Source: Strigamia acuminata
Taxonomy: Eukaryota
Assembly (NCBI GenBank): GCA_949358305.1
Contig: OX442314.1
Location: 31,930,001-31,994,000 of the forward strand
Direction: 5' to 3'
DNA length: 64,000 nt
In this document: piece by piece, positions 58,365 through 64,000 of the stretch
Position numbering within the stretch: position 1 is the first letter of the stretch
Layout of the letters: the number at the start of each line of letters is the position of its first letter
The notes under the pieces: generated by a model
The model's input: only the letters and a program-made list of their open reading frames with translations
Databases searched by the model: none
What the model was told of the DNA's origin: nothing
Position numbers and translations under genes: made by a program

Positions 58365-59215
58365 TGTTTAATAAGATGTACTCACTCGTGACAAATTTGG
58401 AAATAGCTGACTGGCATGTAATATTTTATACTTTATTTTTGTGAATTTATTTGGAGATGATGTTTCGTAGATGTGAAAAAGGGGAAATAGAAATAAAAGA
58501 TGTTTGTATTCCTTCTGTTGTGGATTCCAAATCCACGACAGAAGAAACGTAACCAATTCGTCTTATCAACCCGAGTAACATCTGTTTTCATCTTTTCTTC
58601 CATTCCTATCACAACCCTAAAAATTTTGAATATTTTAATTTATTACTATATTTTTATTGATTTTTTGTGACAGCAGAAATAAAAATAATTCATTTCATTT
58701 CATGTATTTTATTTTTTTTTTGGGTATTATTTTATTTATTGTATTTTGAGTAAGAGAAAGTTTCTTAGTTATCTTAGTCCATCAATTAGCGCCATCTAGG
58801 GATAATAATGGTATCTGTTATCAATAAAAAGCAACAACAGGAACGAAAAAATGATTTTTTTTTTATATGCACTTGTTATTATGGTACTGTGCACGACACG
58901 ACCCGGACTTCGACATCGGCTTAGTTTTTATCAGATAAGTTATCAAAAATCCTATAATATTATTCCTTAGATATTTATTAAAAACTCAAAATTCTATTTT
59001 ACAGATAAACAAACGAAAACTTATGAAATTCTCCACTTTGGAATTAAGAATGATGGTGGCGGGCAGTGAATGTTTGAACTTTGAATTTAGCATCAAGTTA
59101 TAGTCTGTCATCTTATGTGGTTGTTAATAATTAGAATAATAATTAATGAGAAATACATACGAAAAACTATTGAGGATACGGGCTTATAAGCAATAATAGA
59201 GTGAGATAAGATCGG

Positions 59216-60854
59216 TTATTTTTTCCCGGGGAGAACTTGGGGCAAATAATTCAAGCAGGAAAGGAGGGAAAATCCGAGGAAAAGTCCTACGCTGCCACCC
59301 ACTTCAGACACCAAGCTGGACAGGGGATAAGCGAAATATTCGCTAACGATTTGCTTCGTATTCATTGTGTAAATAATTGCGACGGAGGTGCCAGCGCCAT
59401 ATTCTATTCTTGAGTTATATTCTGTCATTATGGGAAATCTGGTGACGGAACATGGTCGTCTGCAGTTGCTGTTATGTTGCGAATACAAAAGGGAAAAAAT
59501 TTTCTTTTTCAGTTCATTCACTTGGGAAATTGAGTTGCAAAGCGGTTTTGTCGAGTTCACAAAAGGCCATCTAAGGTGGATATGGAATTATTATTGAATA
59601 TCTATTGATTAAGCATAAGTATTTATCTGACCTGCATTTGATGTCAGAAGTGTCTAATTGGTCACTAATCCATCGATTAATGCACTCGATCTCTTCATCC
59701 TCAGTGACGCAGGGGTTTTGACTCGTGTTTAAATAGTCAAACTGCAACAGTTGTCAATATTTAAATACGGAAATCAATGCGATTACTGTCTGTGTTTGTT
59801 TGTTTACTTGTGTCTCTGACAGTTCCATAGTTTGGTATGTCGATTGACGAATGACTGATTTGCCAATAAACATGAGTTTGGTTGAAGGTGCTTCGTAAAC
59901 ATCAGCCTGTAATAGACGAATTGTAATATTGTAATATTGTAATATTCGATTGATCTTACAAGAAATGCGTTAGGATTAGAATCCGAAGTAAAATGTATAC
60001 GCAACCAAAACAGCCAGGTTTTTCCAACAAAATACCATTCCAGATCTAAAAGAATCAAATATTGTTTCAAGATTTTTGTGTGAATTAAATGGAATAGTTA
60101 GTAATGACCAGATCGTATAACTCTGCATGGACCCGCGATCGTGTTGACTTTCTTCTCTTGTAGCCAGTCTCCGGTTTCACATTTGCTGGAATTGACTGCA
60201 TGATGACACTGGAAAACCCGGTTGGCTTTATACAGTCAAATTGTTACTTGATGTTTGAACTTACTCTGGCTGATTTGACGATCTTGACTATTGTTGAGTT
60301 TTCCCATAAATCCAATAGTGTGACGTTGATCTTGTCGAAAGGGAAATGTTCCTTGTCGGCCCAACTCAGTGCGCTGCAAGCTGCGTCTTTTGTACAGAGT
60401 GGTTTGAATCTTTTGTAAAAGTCGTACATCGAATCGGTTGTGTATGGGCAAAGTATGAGGCTAGGTTGTGTGTACTGGCTGAAGCTTTCAATTTTTACAT
60501 TGGTGCCTACTGGCTTTGAAAAGTACTTGTCGATGCAAATTGACAACTGCCAAGTGCACAGTACCGTGCTTAGCAGCAGCGAAGCAATTCCCAATACTTT
60601 GGCCGTCTTATTTGCCTGCGGTTGTCGTTGTCGTTTTGGTGATGGTGAGATGCGAATATGGTGTAAGCGAGTATCTGGATAAACAATTCTACGTCCTATG
60701 CTTCTACTATGGATATTCATTGCACCTGAAAATAACTCCCTCAACAGCATGAAAACAATATTTATGGCGTATTAATGAGTATTAACGTTAACGTTAACGC
60801 TCGCCGACCTGACCTTTCTTTATCCGTGTGTTGTTTGTTACTGCTCGTTTCCAT
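59216..60854 (-). CDS. DEG/ENaC-like paralog B (copy)
   Basis: Offset +38016; same ORF fragments. Confidence 0.85.
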
Positions 60855-62110
60855 GTGAGTAAATTCAAATGCTGCGTGCACTGCAAAAAAAGAAGGATTA
60901 ATAGTGTGGAAATAAATAGTATGGAAATAAATTGGTCGTAAACGTTAACCTTAAAACTAATGAGGAGAAGTCAGTCGCTGCCTGCGTGAGAGTTAGCACT
61001 TCCGGAAATGTAACTTTTTGTGAAATTCCGGAACCGGAAATGCGTCATTTTTTTGTGTAATTTTATCCTCGGAAGTGGCGCCACCTGGTGGCGGAATTAC
61101 ATGTCCTCGGACAAGATGGCCACCAATTTTAACACTTTCTGTTTTGTCATTTTTTTTTTAATTTGAATAAATCCTATTGATTTCAAGTAAAACTATCACT
61201 TTCATTTGTATTTCAAGTGTTTCAACAATTAGTATGCTGAAGCAATACAACCATGTATACTATCGATTTTCCTTATATAGCAGGCAAAAAGGTGGTACGT
61301 AATAGGCTGGTGCGTCGAATGTTCACCTGATTGAATAAACTATTTAAAACGACTTTTCACTTTGTAAATGACATTATTCTGGTGCAATTTTACGTTTTCT
61401 ACTTATTAAAGAAGACAAAACAAACATTAAATATAGTTTAATAGGAGAAAAAGCGAAATTACGACAATTTAAGTAGATTGCAGCGCCACCTGGCGGGAGC
61501 CGTGCGTACTAATAGTAGCGTAATGTTCGCTTCGATTCGTTTTTTGAGCTTTTCTAGGTCGTAATGAGGTCAAAAATTCTGAAACCACTTCCGTTGGAAA
61601 GAGGGGACAATTTTACATCAGCCTGTGTATTTTTTATTTCCATTCGGGTGAAAAAATTACCGATTCATGGCGATTTTAGCGGGTGCCCGAATGGAAATTC
61701 AGGCGGAAATGTTCGTCGCGTATGGTTTTTTATTGTTTTCTATTTCAAAATGAGCTCGAAAATTTCTGGAACCGAGCTCATTTTGAAGAGGAGACAATTC
61801 TGCACAAGCCTGTATTTTTTATTTTTAGATTCGGGCGAGGAAAAGTGACGATTTGGGTGATCTTAGGGGGCAACCGATTGAAAATTTAGTAAAAATTTGG
61901 ATTCGACCATGAAAAAACCAAATATTCGTAAAATTTACCGAATAAAATGTTTAAAACATGTTTCCAGAGCAGAAAATGCTGCTGAAAACGATGGTGTGAA
62001 TAACTTTTTGATCGGAATTATGGTTGGCATTTAATTTGAAAAAAACGACCTTTTTTGGTTAATTTTATCCAAAAAATTTGATAAAATGGTTGGATAATAA
62101 ACCAGGAACA

Positions 62111-62396
62111 AACAGCGGGTAAATAGGAGAAAATAGCTGGTAAATAGGAGGAAACAGCGGGTAAATAGGAGAAAATAGCGGGTAAATAGGAGGAAACAGC
62201 GGGTAAATAGGAGGAAATAGCGGGTAAATAGGAGAAAATAGCGGGTAAATAGGAGAAAATAGCGGGTAAATAGGAAAAAACAGCGGGTAAATAGGAAAAA
62301 ACAGCGGGTACATAGGAGAAAATAGCGGGTAAAAACATAAAAAAGCGGGTAAAAACATAAAATAGCGGGTAAAAACATAAAATAGCAGGTAAAAAT
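62111..62396. repeat. 21-bp minisatellite (copy)
   Basis: Offset +38016, same length. Confidence 0.9.
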
Positions 62397-63140
62397 TAAA
62401 AACATTTGTCAACAAAAGCTGCCTACAGATGGCGCTTTTTCCAAAATGCTGTGTGGGTGTTTTATGTATTTTATGGTTCTTGCGGGGGTTCTTGAGGGGG
62501 TTCTTGCGGGGGTTCTTGCGGGTTCTGTTGGCTATTGATTGGTGGCTGCAGTGGCGTTTGGGTTTGTTTTGGGCCAAAATTTTATTGGCCGAATTGGCGT
62601 TGGGTTTGGGTTAGATCTGCAAAATGGTTTAGGTGGGTTGCATTATTGTGTTTTATTGGTTTATTTTTGCAAAAATGTATTTTATGATTTGGCTGTACAC
62701 ATTTGTCTGATCTATGGTTTTGAGTGATTTATGGCTCTGCGGGTGAACAGCTAGTCATGTTTACTAATTGTAAAGCAACTTTACAACTATTGATAAACAT
62801 GCTGTTTACCAACAAGTTTAACGGTTATAAAAGGACTACTTTCCAATTTGATAAATGTGATATTTACTTCATTTTTATTTTTGTTAATTAATTAAATTAA
62901 TTTAAATAAATTTAAATTTACAGATAATAAAATGCAAAATTTATAATCAGTTTATTTCTTTTATATTTCATTTTTCAAATAAATTTAATAAATGTAAATT
63001 TGTATTTACACAAAATAAAATGTAAAATTTATAACCAGTTTATTTCTTTTTTATTTCATTTCTCAAGTAGATTTAATGAATAGATATTTAAATTTACAGA
63101 TAATAAAATAAAACATTTATATCCAATTTATCAAATAAAA

Positions 63141-63496
63141 TAAAATCAAGTAAAATCATCTTAAATCAAGTAAAAATTACATAAAATAAAGTAAAATCAT
63201 CTAAAATCAAGTAAAAATTACATGAAATAAAGTAAAATCTTCTAAAATAAAGTAAAATTATATAAAATAAAGTAAAATTGTTAAAAATTCTTATAAAATC
63301 ATCCTAAATTAAACAAAATTGTCTAAAACCATTTAAAATCGTAAAAAATCACGTAAAATCAAGTAAAAATTGCATAAAATTAAGTACAAATTGCATAAAA
63401 TCTAGTAAAAATTGTATAAAATAAAATAAAAATTATATAAAATCTAGTTAAAATCGTACAAAATCAAGCAAAATCGTATAAAATCAATGAAAATTA
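63141..63496. repeat. A-rich ~20-bp tandem repeat (copy)
   Basis: Offset +38016. Confidence 0.8.
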
Positions 63497-63529
63497 TAGT
63501 AACAATAAACAAACGAAAAAATTAATTAA

Positions 63530-64000
63530 AGGTCAAGTGCACTCGCGTGGGATTTTTACATTTTCTGAAAGCCCATATTAAAAAAACCAATAATCATCGA
63601 GAAAAAAATTAAATTGCTTCAGTAATTATTTCATAATAACAATCTAAACAAGTAAACATTTGTAATGCAGGGAAGCATTACACATGAGACTTCTAAACCC
63701 TGCCCCTAATTAAAAAAAAAATAATAATAAATTAATGACACAAAACAACCAATTTCGCAATTAAATCATTCAAAAGCTTCTTCGCCCAGAACGCCGCCAA
63801 ATGCGCGTAATACGCCGGCGCCGGGATGTAAACCAATCGCGTACAACGAACGTTTCACTAGCTTCGCATTTCCGTCGTTATAATTTCCCGTTTCTCGTTT
63901 TCCGTTTGTCCCAAGTCTATTCCATGAAAATTACGGAAATGACGTCGTCATGATGACGTCATTTACGTAATTTTCATGGAATACACGGCTAAAAATGCAC
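63530..64000. mobile_element. Left part of the Kolobok-like TTAA element (copy, cut by the window edge)
   Basis: ttaa|AGGTCAAGTGCAC at 63530. Confidence 0.7.

Larger units (their letters stand above)
38017..64000. repeat. Second, truncated period of the 38,016-bp tandem unit (copy of 1-25984)
   Basis: 38017 begins ccttttgactgcctcagcgttgac, as does position 1; the offset stays constant across 26 kb, so there is no net indel. Confidence 0.97.

Overview
Eukaryotic, AT-rich invertebrate (probably arthropod) DNA with 53-66 nt introns. The window is about 1.7 copies of a 38,016-bp tandem unit: 1-25984 recurs at 38017-64000 at a constant offset, and I saw no differences. Each unit holds (1) an 11.1-kb Ty3/Gypsy element with open gag and pol joined by a -1 frameshift signal, a long GC-rich non-env third ORF, clearly diverged LTRs and no TSD; (2) a degenerate 7.0-kb BEL/Pao element carrying a nested TA-TSD MITE that itself holds a 124-bp hairpin element; (3) three minus-strand paralogs of a compact (~400 aa) spliced DEG/ENaC (pickpocket/ASIC-like) channel gene, one frameshifted, whose differences cluster in short ectodomain patches; (4) a small spliced two-TM gene; (5) a probable solo LTR, further non-autonomous transposons, a P-like excision footprint and minisatellites. 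The best novelty candidates are the Gypsy ORF3 and the diversifying, amplified mini-DEG/ENaC array, whose 38-kb repeat junction may lie inside the recombinant Gypsy. All family assignments come from motifs read by eye; no database searches were run.
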